DNA of 62,986 nt, filler included, from Conidiobolus incongruus B7586 (taxonomy: Eukaryota), in the NCBI GenBank assembly GCA_000697335.1. It is 19 parts of 19 records of this genome, joined end to end, with 100 filler letters (N's around TTAATTAATTAA, not from the genome) between each part and the next. Parts side by side here need not be neighbours in the genome. Positions count along the whole stretch, not along the records: positions 1 to 3,847 come from JNEM01000421.1; positions 3,948 to 7,791 come from JNEM01000422.1; positions 7,892 to 12,990 come from JNEM01000423.1; positions 13,091 to 18,089 come from JNEM01000424.1; 15 more parts are not named here. One strand, written 5' to 3'. Under the pieces are notes generated by a model that saw only the letters and a program-made list of their open reading frames with translations, had not been told where the DNA came from and ran no database searches. How positions within the stretch are numbered: the first letter of the stretch is position 1; the number at the start of each line of letters is the position of its first letter. This document shows positions 1-13,469 of the stretch, in pieces. Both the position numbers and the translations under genes were made by a program.

Positions 1-1124
1 ATAGTATTATTATAAATGAAATATGACTTTTTTTAATGATGTTATTTTATTAAAATTATTTAAAAAGCTGTCTTTACATTTAAATAATATAATAATAGAA
101 ATCAAGATATAATAAATTATTTTTATAATAAATATTAAGCTAATTCATATTATATACAATATAACAAAAATGGATTTATTTAATCATAAAATAAAAAAAT
201 CACTTGTCGTTTTTTCATATTAGGATTATATATCATAAATTCTGTAAAATATAAAATTTAATCAATTAAATTCTTTGAGAAATATTTTTTTATTTTTGAT
301 TTGTTTTTGATATTAGGAGTGCATATAATTTGTTTGGATTAAAAAATTGATGTATTAATTTACACGATTTTTTAATAATACGATTATTTAAATATGTAAA
401 TTAAATATTATAAATTTCTAACATTGTACTTAATTTAAATTTAATGCTATATTTTAATTTTTTAGTAAAAAATTATTTGATAATTAATTTGGTTATTTCA
501 AAATTGAAACTTTGTTTAAAAATGATTTAAAATTGCAGATTAATTTATGTAGTTAAAAATTGATTAATTTTTAAACCTCTACTGGCTTATTAACACTTTC
601 AATTATCAATATAATGTCGAAATAATCAGCCCTGATATGGATGAATCATAAGGTTATTGAATTCAGATATTAATAATAATATCAATTTTAAAACTTTATA
701 GATTTAGAATTATTAAAAATATATTAAACACAGAAATCTTCACAAATATTAGAATATCAAAATAATATTTTGACAATTATGTAAAACAAAAATAACTTTA
801 TCAAATTCTCAGCCTTATTCCAATTCTTAATGTTTTTATTCCTCAAAATTTACAAAATTATGATAAAATGTAATTTGAAAAAAATTGAATCCCATAAATC
901 AAAATAGTATTTTAATGTATTTAAAGATTATTTACAAAATTTAATATTAAAAAACAGTGTATCCAAATTTTGATATTATAAAATTATAATACAATATTTT
1001 TTTTTCAAATTTCTATTAATCCAAAACTTTAAATAATATTTATTTATAGAAATTTAATATACATTTATTTAAATCACAATAATTAATTTGAAATATTTTT
1101 TATATTTAAATTAGATCAAACTAA

Positions 1125-2605
1125 ATGTTATCAAAAAGATTAATATTAATATCCCAAAATAGAAAATATTCCACGACAATATTTAATTCTATACCAAATT
1201 TTAAATTGCCTTCCTTACCGAGTACGGATCACATTCACCCCAAATTGATTACTCCATATGACGAAGATGGAAGCTTCTTCAAACTTTATAATAGTGATGT
1301 TGACCAGAAATACCTTTCCAAGCAGTTGTATTCCTTATATTGTAAACCTTATTGGGGATTTTCAACTACTCTAAAAGACATGAAGATAACGAATTTGAGT
1401 TGGTTTCCCAAAGATTATAAACTAAATATTAATGATATCGAAATTTTGGACTCTATCGTGCCACAATGCAATGAACACAAACCATCTCATGAGATTTACG
1501 ATAATCTCAAATTGAAATTTGGAAATTTAGACCATTTTGGGCTATATATCAATTACACGATATTTAAATTGGCAAAGGATATAGATTTGGTGACGGATAT
1601 TATAGGATTCTACTTAAAAGATCGAAACAAATTGTTAATTGGATTCGATACTGATGTTAATGCTTACTGCTTTGGCAAGTGGTTAAAATTATTCACTTCC
1701 AAACAGTTATGGGATAAGGCAGCAGCCAGTAAGTTATATACCAATTAAAACTAATGCAACTTATCTAAGTAATTTGTTTAGTTCATTCCGCTGCGATTCA
1801 TTTTAATATTCCCTACACTCCATTGTATACCAAATACTTGAGTTTAGTATTGGCCAAAAAAGGTAAAATTGATGACAGTTTTGAACTCTTACAACAGTTG
1901 GAGAAGGCGAATATTCCGCTACGTCAACATTACTATCTTAAGTTATTCCGATACTACCAAGACAATGGCTCGGATTTGGCCATGCAAATTTGGAACCGTT
2001 TATTATCCATTTTCAAAGTGAACAATGCCCAGACCAGGGACCGTCTCAGCTCTAAGGCCTACATGATCAGATTAGAAATGATTCAAGATTTTAAAGAACT
2101 CCAAAATACGATGAGATGGATTACATTCAGACATTTATGGAGCGACTCCAATCTCCAGCTCAAATTCTTGCAAACATTCCTCAAATTATGCCAAACTGAA
2201 GCAGAAAGTATCGAACCAAATAATTTGAAGTACGAATTTGTCAAATTTGAACCTACCAAACCTCCGATGTATCTCCTTAATGGCTGGATCTTTAACCATC
2301 TCCCTCATCTACCCAAAGATTCTGCAAAATTCGCCAAATTCTTGAGTCTCGTATCGGAAATCGGCTACGTTTGCAAAAATGCTACATTGTCCATCCAGTT
2401 GTTGAATACTAACTGGCACCGCTTTGAAACTCTATCACTTCATCAGAAGAAAAAGGTGCTGGCTTTGGTTTTCTCCAGTTTGGAACAATTTCCAAATACT
2501 TATCACACAGGATGGCAGGTTGAAACTCGGGAGTTTTTAAATAAGTTGAATGGTTTGAAATTGATGGAGTGCTGTCAAGTCAGAGTTGACAAATTGTTGA
2601 GTTAA
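1125..2605 (+). CDS. Putative mitochondrial PPR-like protein, 2 exons (1125-1728, 1782-2605), ~475 aa
   Basis: A 53-nt GTAAGT...TTTAG intron (1729-1781) joins the two listed ORFs in frame. The N-terminus MLSKRLILISQNRKYST is basic and lacks acidic residues, like a mitochondrial presequence. YTKYLSLVLAKKGKIDDSFELLQQLEKANIPLRQHYYLKLF resembles one 35-aa PPR unit. Confidence 0.7.
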
Positions 2606-2713
2606 ATTAATAAACGATTATGAAAAAAATTTTTTTATTTGTTTTGATTGATATTTTATCAAATTACATAATCAACACTCAACTTATTGATTTTTATTAG
2701 TTATATAGTTTTA

Positions 2714-3124
2714 TTAGAATTGACTGTTGTAGAAAGTTTGATCATTAGGGTTAGTTTGATAGGAATCCTTGGGTGTTGGATATCCCTTCTCAGAGCATCC
2801 AATACCCTGGCAAGTGAATACATTGTCATCACCATTGGATCCTTGACTTTCGTTATCTTCCTTGGGACATCCCTCACCCTCACATTTTACGATGGGAGGC
2901 ACCTCGGGATCTGGGTCAGCACATGGCACCACCTCACACTGGGGGAAATCTTTGATATTGGGATCACAAGCTCTTACGAAACATAAAGGCTCGCCAACTT
3001 CCCAGTGTTCATCATTATCTGGATTATGATTTGTGGGATATTGATTACTGTTGTTATTGTAGTAATCATTGGCTTGAATTATTAAGGCAGAAATTAAAAA
3101 GAGCAAGGTATTAATAGCTTTCAT
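2714..3124 (-). CDS. Small secreted cysteine-rich protein, 136 aa
   Basis: ATG at 3124 gives the signal-peptide-like MKAINTLLFLISALIIQA. The acidic mature part has 8 Cys arranged as four CxxxxC motifs. GC content is raised relative to the flanks. Confidence 0.75.
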   Translation of the reverse strand: MKAINTLLFLISALIIQANDYYNNNSNQYPTNHNPDNDEHWEVGEPLCFVRACDPNIKDFPQCEVVPCADPDPEVPPIVKCEGEGCPKEDNESQGSNGDDNVFTCQGIGCSEKGYPTPKDSYQTNPNDQTFYNSQF

Positions 3125-3847
3125 ATTGAAATTATGATAATTGACTCCGAATCTGATTGTCAATATTTATATCATTTTAAAAATCTGAAAAATAATTATT
3201 GACATAATTCAAATTTAATAATTGGAACACCATTGTATTTGATCAATTTGTTGGCAAGATTCATTAATCCAAATTAAACTAAAATCGAGCGACATTGACG
3301 CCAACTTTTTAAATTTTATCATTAAGTTTATTTTTAGGATTATTATATTAAATTTATGATGTCATTATATATTAGTCAAACTGAATTTATTTTTATAATT
3401 GATAATTTATAATTGTCTGTAGTTAACTTTTGAATAGGAAAATGCTACATTTAAATTAAAAATTTTATATTATATAATTGGAAATATAGTTAATTATAGT
3501 AAAATTATATAATTGTAAATATAAAAGAATACTTCTAAGAATATTATCATTCAGAGTCTAGCTTGTTAAAAAGTTCCAAAACTTTAAAAAAATTAAACTG
3601 CATATTAGTTAATATTACTTATAATTAAATTATTAAACTAATTCTTTATTAATACATTACGGTCAATTCAATAATCAATTAAAACTTGAAATAATTTAAT
3701 AATATTAAGAAAATAATATAGGATATAAAATTTATTAATCTATATTAAAATTTAATATTATATTCCTTTTAAATTTAATCGTTTAAATAATAAAAACTGT
3801 ATTAAATTGAAATTTTCAATAATCTTTAAGTTTAATAATTTTAAATA

Positions 3848-3947
3848 NNNNNNNNNNNNNNNNNNNNNNNNNNNNNNNNNNNNNNNNNNNNTTAATTAAT
3901 TAANNNNNNNNNNNNNNNNNNNNNNNNNNNNNNNNNNNNNNNNNNNN
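3848..3947. other. Artificial contig spacer N44-TTAATTAATTAA-N44 (first of 18)
   Basis: The same 100-nt spacer, with stops in all six frames, also starts at 7792, 12991, 18090, 23133, 28331, 32571, 36034, 40518, 43512, 46378, 49241, 51456, 54264, 56339, 57994, 59544 and 61015. Confidence 0.98.
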
Positions 3948-5602
3948 ATATAATATAAATATATAATAAAATTTAATATTTCATAACTTTATTAAAATTT
4001 TCAAAATATGAAATATTTATTAATAATAATTTTAATTTAATTTGACCAAATATAAATATATTATAGATTTTTTACAAAAATAAAAAATAGGTTTGAATAA
4101 TTAAAAATAGAATTAACCAAATAAATTATTAATTCAAAAAATAATATATGACTAAATCTAAATATAGAATAAAATGGATATTAAAAACATATCAGAAATA
4201 TTAATTAGGAGATAATATAATAAAAATTTATTTTAATTTTGATATAATTTCAAAACAAAATACTTTAAATAGATAATACACAAGAATGTTTAAAATATAT
4301 TAAATAAATATTATATATAATAAAAAATTTTTATTTAGAAATAAAAAAATTTGAAAATATGATTTAATAAATGATTATATATGAAAATATAATATCACAA
4401 GTTAAATGATGGTGTAAAGTCAAATATAATTCAATATTGACACAAAATGCTATTGTATTATTAACCTATAATTATTAAAATTATTTTTTTTTCAATAACA
4501 GTATATATTCTTGAATTTGACATGATCAATAAATATTCTTAACAAATTTATACAAATTTTGAATCATTTTGTAATTTTTTTGGCAAAATTAGATAAATCA
4601 AGTATTTTATAATTATACATAAACAAATATTAAGATTTTTAATAAATGAAATTTGATTGCTAATAATTAAAGATTTCAAAAAGCAGCAAAAAATGTTTAT
4701 TTTTATCAATGTTAGCACAAGCTCAAAAATTTCAATATTCAAGTAAAAAGCAAATTGAATAAAATAATTACAAGCACCAAAATTTCATGTAACATACAGA
4801 TATTTATATTACAATAGCAAATATATTCCCATTCTTATTAGTCAATTTAACAAGTTGTTTAGAATATTCAAAATGAGGATAATTAATAAAGAAATGAAAT
4901 AGCAATAGATGAATACATTTTGTTACTTTATATATCTAAATTTAAAAAATTTATTTTATAAAATATCAGAAAATAGTGATTAAAGTATTGTAATAAATAA
5001 TATCATATAATAATTTTTATGTTGAATATATATTAGTGTTGGTAGTCAAATTGATTGTTATTGAATGAGAATTTCACATTGAAATTATATCCACCAAATA
5101 TGCTATCAGCGACTGTTATATTATATAATATTATTTGTATGTATATCTTTTTACTTTTTATCTCATAAATTTTTCATTTCTATTTCTTATTGAAAACGTT
5201 GTACGTTATCAGCATTTCATTGGATAATTCAACTCATAATTTGTATTTTCAATATCCTCATTACACACACAATTAGAATGATCATAAGAAGCTACGTTGA
5301 ATCATTCTATTCCCATATGATTTCAAGATATAGAAAGGATAAGCATTTGATTAATCTATCAGGATAAATCACTTACTAAACTTGTCAACTATCATTCTAA
5401 TTGGCTACTTATTCAATTTGCAATACAAGTTAATATACCAAAGTCATTTAGAGCTAATTCCAGTAAATTATTTATTATTCTTTTAAAGAATAAGTTACGA
5501 TTAAAATATAACATATGTTTTGATTTAATTAGTTTTAACCAAAATTCCCCTTAATATCCATTCTGAATGTTTTATATTTTAATCATTATACCATCATAGA
5601 CA

Positions 5603-7121
5603 ATGAACACCTCTCAATATAACTTTAATCAATATAACATGAACACGGTTCAACTGAATCAAGAAACACAATTTGATTTGTCTAATTTAAATGATCTTCA
5701 TAACCTAAAGAATTTAACCGATACCCAGCCTAACAACCCTTCTAGTACTATCCAGCTCGAGCCTCCGCAGCACCCTGTTGCCACTACACAACATGAGATC
5801 ACTTTTAGTACACAGCAGCCTCAATTTAACACACCCCAACTATCCTTCACAACCACCGATTTTACTCAGCTTCTACCAAACGGTGATCACTATTCTTATA
5901 ATGCTAATTTACCTCATTCGAATTCAAATACATCCAATGCCAATGCCATCGACATGAATTGGATCACTAGCTCTGGCTTCATTCAACCACCTCCCACTAC
6001 TCCCTTAAACCAGGTGACTGGAGTTGATATGGAAGATGATGATATGCTATTAACTCCTTTGGTATCCCCTGCTATGAACCCATTTTACGAACAACAACAA
6101 AGGCAACAACAATTTTTAGCGAATCAAATGAGAATGTTCTCTACGAATAATGACCACTTTTCCCCTTTAACGTCTCCTGCTTTAACTTTTGCCAAGGACA
6201 ATAATCTTCCTCCTTTTTCTACAGGCTTAAATCAGGCTTCCACTAATTCTAATAATACCACACAATCTACTTCTTTACCTATTCCACTTTCATTGCCAAC
6301 TCCAGAATCTGGTTTAATACGCTCTACTGGTTTGGCTAATACTCAAGAAGCAACCGGGTCCCCTTCTCAAGTTCGAGTGAAAAGATCGTCAAATAAGACT
6401 CGATCTAAAAGAACACCGAAGATAACACCATATCAAACCCAAACTGTTCCAAATGACTCTGCTGAAAAACTATTACTTCCCAGTCTAGCACCTCCTGCTA
6501 CCCCATCGTCTTTGATGAAAATGTCTCCTAGCGCCTCAAATTCTAAAACAAATAATTCTACGCAGCCCCCTTCCACTGGCCCCAGTCCAAGCTTAAAACC
6601 TTTGCTTCCTTCTGGTGCTAATCAAGAAATCATCCAACGGCTATCCAGTAAATCTAACTATCAAAACATCCTTGAAGGTCAAACAGGGTAATATATTATT
6701 ATATATTTTTAATATTTCTCTCTTTCTTATCATTGTTTGATATAGACAACTAGGACTTCATTATAGCCCAGAAGTACACTCAGGAATAGAACTAAGAAGA
6801 TTCAGCCATAAAGCAGCTGAACAAAAACGCCGAGATGTATTGAAAGCCTGTTTCGAAAAATTAAGCACAATAATACCGGGCGATACCGAAAAAGCTCGGA
6901 GTAAAGTATATTTGCTTCGCCAATCATACGATTATATTGAATATCTTCAGCAGCATGCAAAATCCAAAGATGAGATCATTCGAAACCTCAAAAACAAACT
7001 TGGATTAGATGAAGATGATCCTGAGTTCCCTATTGTTCCGGATACTTGGAAACCCTCAGAACAGGATTCTAAGGCAGACAGCGACTTGAAAATTGATGAA
7101 GAACCAAAGCAAGAAAGCTAA
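5603..7121 (+). CDS. bHLH transcription factor, Pho4/NUC-1-like, 2 exons (5603-6687, 6746-7121), ~486 aa
   Basis: The 58-nt intron GTAATA...TATAG (6688-6745) restores SKSNYQNILEGQTGQLGLHYSPEVHSGIELRRFSHKAAEQKRRDVLKACFEKLSTIIP...SKVYLLRQSYDYIEYL. KSNYQNILEG before the HKxAEQxRR basic region, and FSPLTSPAL, are typical of NUC-1/PalcA-type regulators. Confidence 0.85.
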
Positions 7122-9297
7122 AATCCTTGCAAATTTTTTCATCGCTAATCAATGATGAACATATATTTACTTTTTGTATTGTTTTTCTTGATCTAATTAT
7201 ATCATATCGCATCTTTTTATTTAATTATAAATATATACGCTTCTAATCTTAATTTATTATTTATTTAATTCATTTCTTATTTAATATGATCAATTTAACT
7301 TTTACCTTTTTATCTTTTTTTCATTATGTATTAATATTAATGTAAAATATTATTTTCAGAAAAATATTATATGAATATAATATTGTATATTTAATCTTTA
7401 TTATATTTATCTATATTACTACATTAATAATGAAAACTTCAAATATCATTTTCAAATTTTATTCTTATCATGTAATATTTCACATGATTTCTGATCAATC
7501 AACTTAAATTCATTTAAACCCTAGATCTAAGTTAATCAAGGATAAGCAATCCATTTAAAGTGGATTAATATTCTTAATTTACTAAAAATATATATTTATT
7601 GAAAATAATATTAGAATAGTTTTGTGTTTACTAGAAAATAAAATATTTATTAGTTAATATAAAATTTCAAAATAAAAATAGTAATTTATATTTTATATAA
7701 TTTAAATAATTAAATAATTTATATAATAAAGCTTGATTAAGAATATTTTTAATATTAATATATAATTTAATATTTTATAATTAATTATTTANNNNNNNNN
7801 NNNNNNNNNNNNNNNNNNNNNNNNNNNNNNNNNNNTTAATTAATTAANNNNNNNNNNNNNNNNNNNNNNNNNNNNNNNNNNNNNNNNNNNNAAAATTGAA
7901 TATTGATTTTATAATAATTATAGCAATTAACAATAAATATTAATATAATATAATATAATATTAGTGATTATTTTAAATATAATAATTTTATCTTAATTAT
8001 ATTTATATATAAATTAAAAATTACTAATAAAAAAAATTAATAATTTGCAAAATTATTAATAATTAAATTTTAAATTATTATCTATTATTAGTTTCAAAGA
8101 ATTAAATGAATAATTGGATAATTTATTTAATCTTGAGATTTATTATAAATATTAATTTAACTATATTTCAAATTATTTTATTTATAAAGCTTAGAATAAA
8201 ATAAAAAATATATTATTTCCTAAATATTCATTATTTTATTTTAATTAAAAGCAATTAATTATATATATTATATTTGATTTTATATTACATTAATTAATAT
8301 AAATAATGTTATAAAAATATATATTTTTCAGGAGTCTCAAAAATATAAATAATATCAGATTTTTATAAATATATTTAATTTTATTTATAAAGTTAAAAAT
8401 TCTTACATAAAATTTATAAAATAACATTTGTTTATTTTATCTTTTTATTTATTTACATTTCTTCTTTTATATTTACATTGTGAAACTAGAGCAAAACTTT
8501 CTGGGTAGACTAAGTATATAAAATTTTAAATTTTTGATTTTTAATTTTTTTATTTTTTTAAAAAGAATGAATAACTTATTATATAAAAATAATTTATAAT
8601 ACAAATTTAATTATTTTTATTTTAATTAATTTTTAATAATATTAATTATTTTTATATCAGTTTACAAACTAATTTATCAAGTATTAGTTGATAAAATATT
8701 TATTTATCAAATCGAATATTTTTTAAAAAATGATATTTATTTTTAATGAAACTTGGCAACTGATCCAATTTGGCAAGTACTGCAACCCACCTACGTCATC
8801 TAGGTTCACAAGGACTAAAAAACACACTAATTTGACTAGGAATTGTTGACTAAAATTTTTATTAAATCTAAGATTTATTTTTATTTTTATTGGAGAAAAG
8901 AGAATTTTAAACTAAATTTATTACCTATAGGATTGTGGATAATCAATACATTTAAATTGAATTTTTTTATAGTATCAGTTTTTGATTATTTGTAACTTTT
9001 ACTACATTGGAATGGGTAAGGTGGCTAGAACGTTAAAATCTTGTATTGATTGGAATTTAGCTTACAAGTCTAGGAGCTATGAATTGTGAGTGGTGGCAAT
9101 AATGTGTTAATATGTGTAAATTTTATTGAAATTATTATTGATAAAATAAATTTAATAATATAAATTTTTTGCCTATTATTAAGTTGATTAATATTACTCT
9201 AACCTCTCTCATTGATTTCACATTATTTTTAAGGTCATGAGTTGATTAATAAAAATTTCATGGAATCAAAAACTATACTGCCCACATACTTTAAAGA

Positions 9298-10059
9298 TTA
9301 TTCCTTTTCCTCTGATCCTTCCAGCCAATACGCCACTCTCTCAGTACTCGAGTCGCACTCTGGATCCATGAGATCACATTCTTCAGGTTCGCAATTATCT
9401 GTATTAGGATCACATGGTTCATCACAGTCTTCCTCATCAGGATCGCATTCCTCGGGATCATCATCGTCCGGCTCACAAATTGGAGGAGTGGTGGGCTGAA
9501 TGATAATCACAGTTGTTGCAGTGGATGTTATTGTAGTTACACTCGTTGCTGTTACCGGTACTTGTACTGGAGTTGTGATAGTTTGGGTCACTGTTTCTTT
9601 GGGTCCAATCACTGTTGAAATTACTATCGTTGTGATCTGCGTGCTTTGAACAGTGGTGATGGTGGCCGTGGATACCTGCGTTGTTGTGGTCGTGATTGTC
9701 GTAGGGGTCGGCGGGGGGTTTGAGGGCTTAGGCTTGGGTTTGGGCTTGGGCTTTTTCACTGGCTTAGGCTTTTTGGGCTTTTTAGGCTTTTTAGGCTTTT
9801 TTGGTTTTTTAGCCTTTGGCTTTTTCTTTTTTAAAATAGTCACTCTTTCCAGGGGCTTGTTGGTGCACTGATAATTCACATGCCATTGATTTTCAGAAAG
9901 AGAGTATTGAATCACATTTGCATCACCATCCTCTTGAGTGATTTCATTTAATTCAATAGAACTTGATTCCAAATTCAAGTGATCATATCTTTTAGTGTAA
10001 TTAATAGGCTCAATAACAGAAGATGACAATAATAAAAATATGAAATTAATTAAATACAT
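9298..10059 (-). CDS. Secreted low-complexity protein (Lys/Pro repeat, Thr-rich stalk, acidic Cys-rich tail), 253 aa
   Basis: Hydrophobic N-terminus MYLINFIFLLLSSS, a (KKP)n/(KP)n tract, a Thr/Val-rich segment, then CEPDDDDPEECDPDEEDCDEPCDPNTDNCEPEECDLMDPEC. GC-rich relative to the flanks. Confidence 0.8.
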   Translation of the reverse strand: MYLINFIFLLLSSSVIEPINYTKRYDHLNLESSSIELNEITQEDGDANVIQYSLSENQWHVNYQCTNKPLERVTILKKKKPKAKKPKKPKKPKKPKKPKPVKKPKPKPKPKPSNPPPTPTTITTTTTQVSTATITTVQSTQITTIVISTVIGPKETVTQTITTPVQVPVTATSVTTITSTATTVIIIQPTTPPICEPDDDDPEECDPDEEDCDEPCDPNTDNCEPEECDLMDPECDSSTERVAYWLEGSEEKE

Positions 10060-13000
10060 GTATAAGTGATAAACATTGAAAACTCAACCTTCCTTGATAA
10101 TGAACTTTCTAAATCAAAAAATCTAGATAATCTATTGAGTTTTTTGTGAAATTGCCGAGAAACGGACTAGAACTGTATATTTATACAAAATATAATGAAT
10201 CGTCAGCTTGATGGTGGATTAGCCAAGAATGCTTAGAGCCTAATACCTTTAGTATTGTCACAGAAGGGAATATAAAGAATGAGGATAAGTGTAACACCAC
10301 TGAAATTGAATGGATTATATAGGTATTGGATTGGATTGGGTATTTAGTCAATGTTGAAACATTTAGTTTAATTAAGTTCACATAAATTTTCAATTAAATG
10401 TATTCATTTAGACTAAATATTTAAATTAAATTTAATACATTAATTTCCTATTGAGTTACTTGAAATACCAAAAAAATATAAATATAAAGTTCAAATCAGA
10501 CAGTTAAAACTTAATACCAATATTTAGATGTTTATATACAAATCAAGATTTTAATTAACTAAATTTTCTATTTCTTACAATGTTTTTTCATATATATTAC
10601 CTAAATAATATATATATATTGAATCAGTTTGATTCAAATTTTATTATATTGTTATTACAAATAATTTAGATAAGTTAATAGATATGTAAATTGTTTCAAC
10701 TTGAAAATTTATTCAATTTACCAAAAATATAGCTATAATATTAAACCTAATATATATATATCGTAATCTATTTTTTAATTAGGTATTTTGAATTTATTTA
10801 TCATCTCTCCCTTAAAAAATTTAGTTGATTGGTTTTTGAAATTTTGACTTAAATTGATCCATTTAATACATTGTTCCTGATATTCTGATTGGTCTAATTC
10901 AAATTGAAAGCATATTTTATTTTATGTATTAGTATTTATAGCTCAATTACATATACGTATTAATTTAATGTGACATATCTATATAATCAATGATTTTGAA
11001 AAAATAGTTTGAATCTAATTCATATTAATATTAGTAAATCGATTTTGTATATATGAAAAGAAAAAGATTCAATTTAATCTTCTAAATAATATAATATATT
11101 AATATATAATTGATATATGTTATAAATTTATACTAAATTATAAAAGGTGATGAGAATTTATCCCTATTAATTATTTTAGACCATATCTTCATCTTATAAC
11201 ATATTTGATTCAATTCAGATGAATTTTACATTGTTTTAAAAATGAATTATTAAGTTATCAATTTATATAATTTTCTTCCCCAAGTCACCCAAAAAATAAA
11301 TTGTTAATTTATAAGTATATTAACCAATTGACTAGTGATACTTTATATGATTCAATAAGTACTGAACTAGATTTTAAAATAAACATTTAGATTATAAACC
11401 ATTGTTGTTTCACTACAATCCATAGTTCTATATCAAAAAGAATACTACAAATCGAACTATACTATAATTATTATAGAAATGTATAATATTATTCATACTA
11501 CCGCAAATAGCAGACTAAAATTATTTGAATTGATTTGAGAACTCTAAGATTGAGAGTTAATCCAATGTGTGTAATCATAATTTAATATCATCTAGATTAA
11601 GGATGCCAATGGTTTGCTTACGAGTACAATTAGTCTACTAGAATCAGAGCAGTATCATTGGAAGAAAATATCTATGCCAAGCCTGAGAGATTAATTAGAG
11701 GAATTCTAACCAAGATTCCTTGGGGATGGTAGAAAACCTCATACATCAGTACTTCCTTTATTAGTTTGAATCCTAAAAATTATATTCATCTTGGGTAATA
11801 ATAATCATATTAGAAAGGGGGTGGAGACATACTCTATTGTTCTTTAAATTTTGTCAAATATTGAAAGATACATATTTAAATCATTATACAATTATTCAAT
11901 GATATATAAAAGTCAATAATTTTGTGATAAAATAATATAATCACAATTTTGTAATCTCTTTTCCAATTTTAGGAATTTTATTTTAAAAAAAATTTTACGT
12001 TGATAAAAATTTGACAAAAGTAGTTAATTCATTAATCTCTAACATACTATATTTGTAAAAAAATTGATCAAAATTCCAAAACGTCAATTGAATTTATTTA
12101 AATAACTTTCATTTACTCGATTAGTATTTAGTATGAAATTTTGTAGATTTGAATAAATGGTTTACTATGGAGTTTTGCTATCAGAATATTATTGATTTGG
12201 TATTGGAGAATCCAAATATATTTTTCCTGAAAGTTGATTTTTGAGACATTTATTATCCGATTTATAATGATAATTAATTAAATCTTTATTAATATTATCA
12301 AAATAGATAGGGATTTCATACTAAAGTTAGATGTATTAATTATATCAAATCTTAAATAATTTTTAATTGAAATTTGCAAAATACCATAATCGGCTCAATA
12401 TTCATGTTGGCTGATTAATATACAATAACTCTGTAAATTATCGATTCTATTTAACTTTTATATAATTTTTTTGTTACTAAGTAAACTACATTTAACAATA
12501 GTAAATATATTAACTATTATATAAATGGAATTAGATTTAACTTTAAAAATGACTACAGAGCTGTTAATAAAATTTATTTCATATATTTGAATTTATTATA
12601 TTGCTATTAAATTGAAACTGAACTTATATGCATAAATAATCAAGTTATTATTTTCAGACAAAAAATGTCACCATTCAATATACAACTTATGGTCATTGGT
12701 CTACTATATGAGTTTTTATATCATTCCTTATATTATATCAATATTTAGTGAATCTCAGATAAGATGTTAATATTTTGTAATAATTGGTAATATCAGTCTT
12801 TTCTCCTTATCAGAATATAATTAATAAAGGTTAACCTTATTAATTAAATTAATATATGATTATATATATATATATTAAAATTTTTTAATAATATAATTAT
12901 TTTAATAACTTGGGTTTAAAACAATAAATAATTTTATTGATATTTTATAAATTAATTTTTTGGAATATTTTATAAATTTTAACTATAATANNNNNNNNNN

Positions 13001-13436
13001 NNNNNNNNNNNNNNNNNNNNNNNNNNNNNNNNNNTTAATTAATTAANNNNNNNNNNNNNNNNNNNNNNNNNNNNNNNNNNNNNNNNNNNNTAAATTATTA
13101 ATAAAAAAAATATTTTATTTAAAATATTTTATTTACCCAATTATTTAATAAATTAAAAAATTAATAATAATTTTAATTAAAATATTAATATTAAAATTAT
13201 ATTATACTTAAATTATTTAATATATAACTCTATAATAGCAATATTAATTCATAAATAAATATTAAGATTTTGATGAGTAAATTATGAAACTTAATTTTGC
13301 ATATAATTTTGACTTATATTTAAATGAACAAATTTTCCAAAAAAAGTTTTAAACTCTAGGTAATTTATCATCATAATTTATGTTATTAAAATAATTTAAT
13401 TTTTTTATTATAGTTCAATATTTTATTAATCAATAA

Positions 13437-13442
<6 letters not shown>

Positions 13443-13468
<26 letters not shown>
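13443..13468. repeat. (AT)n microsatellite
   Basis: Uninterrupted AT dinucleotide run of about 13 units. Another of about 16 units lies at 59769-59800. Confidence 0.9.

Positions 13469-13469
<1 letters not shown>

Noticed and set aside
2687..2986. ORFs 2687-2986 (+) and 2701-2883 (-)
   Set aside because: They are antisense or alternate-frame shadows of the secreted Cys-rich gene and start at non-ATG codons.
3892..3903. TTAATTAATTAA recurring every few kb, like a regularly spaced repeat or array
   Set aside because: It is always centred in 44+44 Ns and has stops in all six frames, so it is an assembly spacer.
4548..4742. AT-rich ORFs 4548-4742, 10181-10393 and 29155-29373
   Set aside because: Non-ATG starts and I/K/N/F/L-rich composition, as expected by chance in AT-rich DNA.
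9242..9871. Ser-rich ORF 9242-9499, ORF 9291-9476 and the GLGF-repeat ORF 9653-9871
   Set aside because: They are by-products of the repetitive codons of the 9298-10059 gene.
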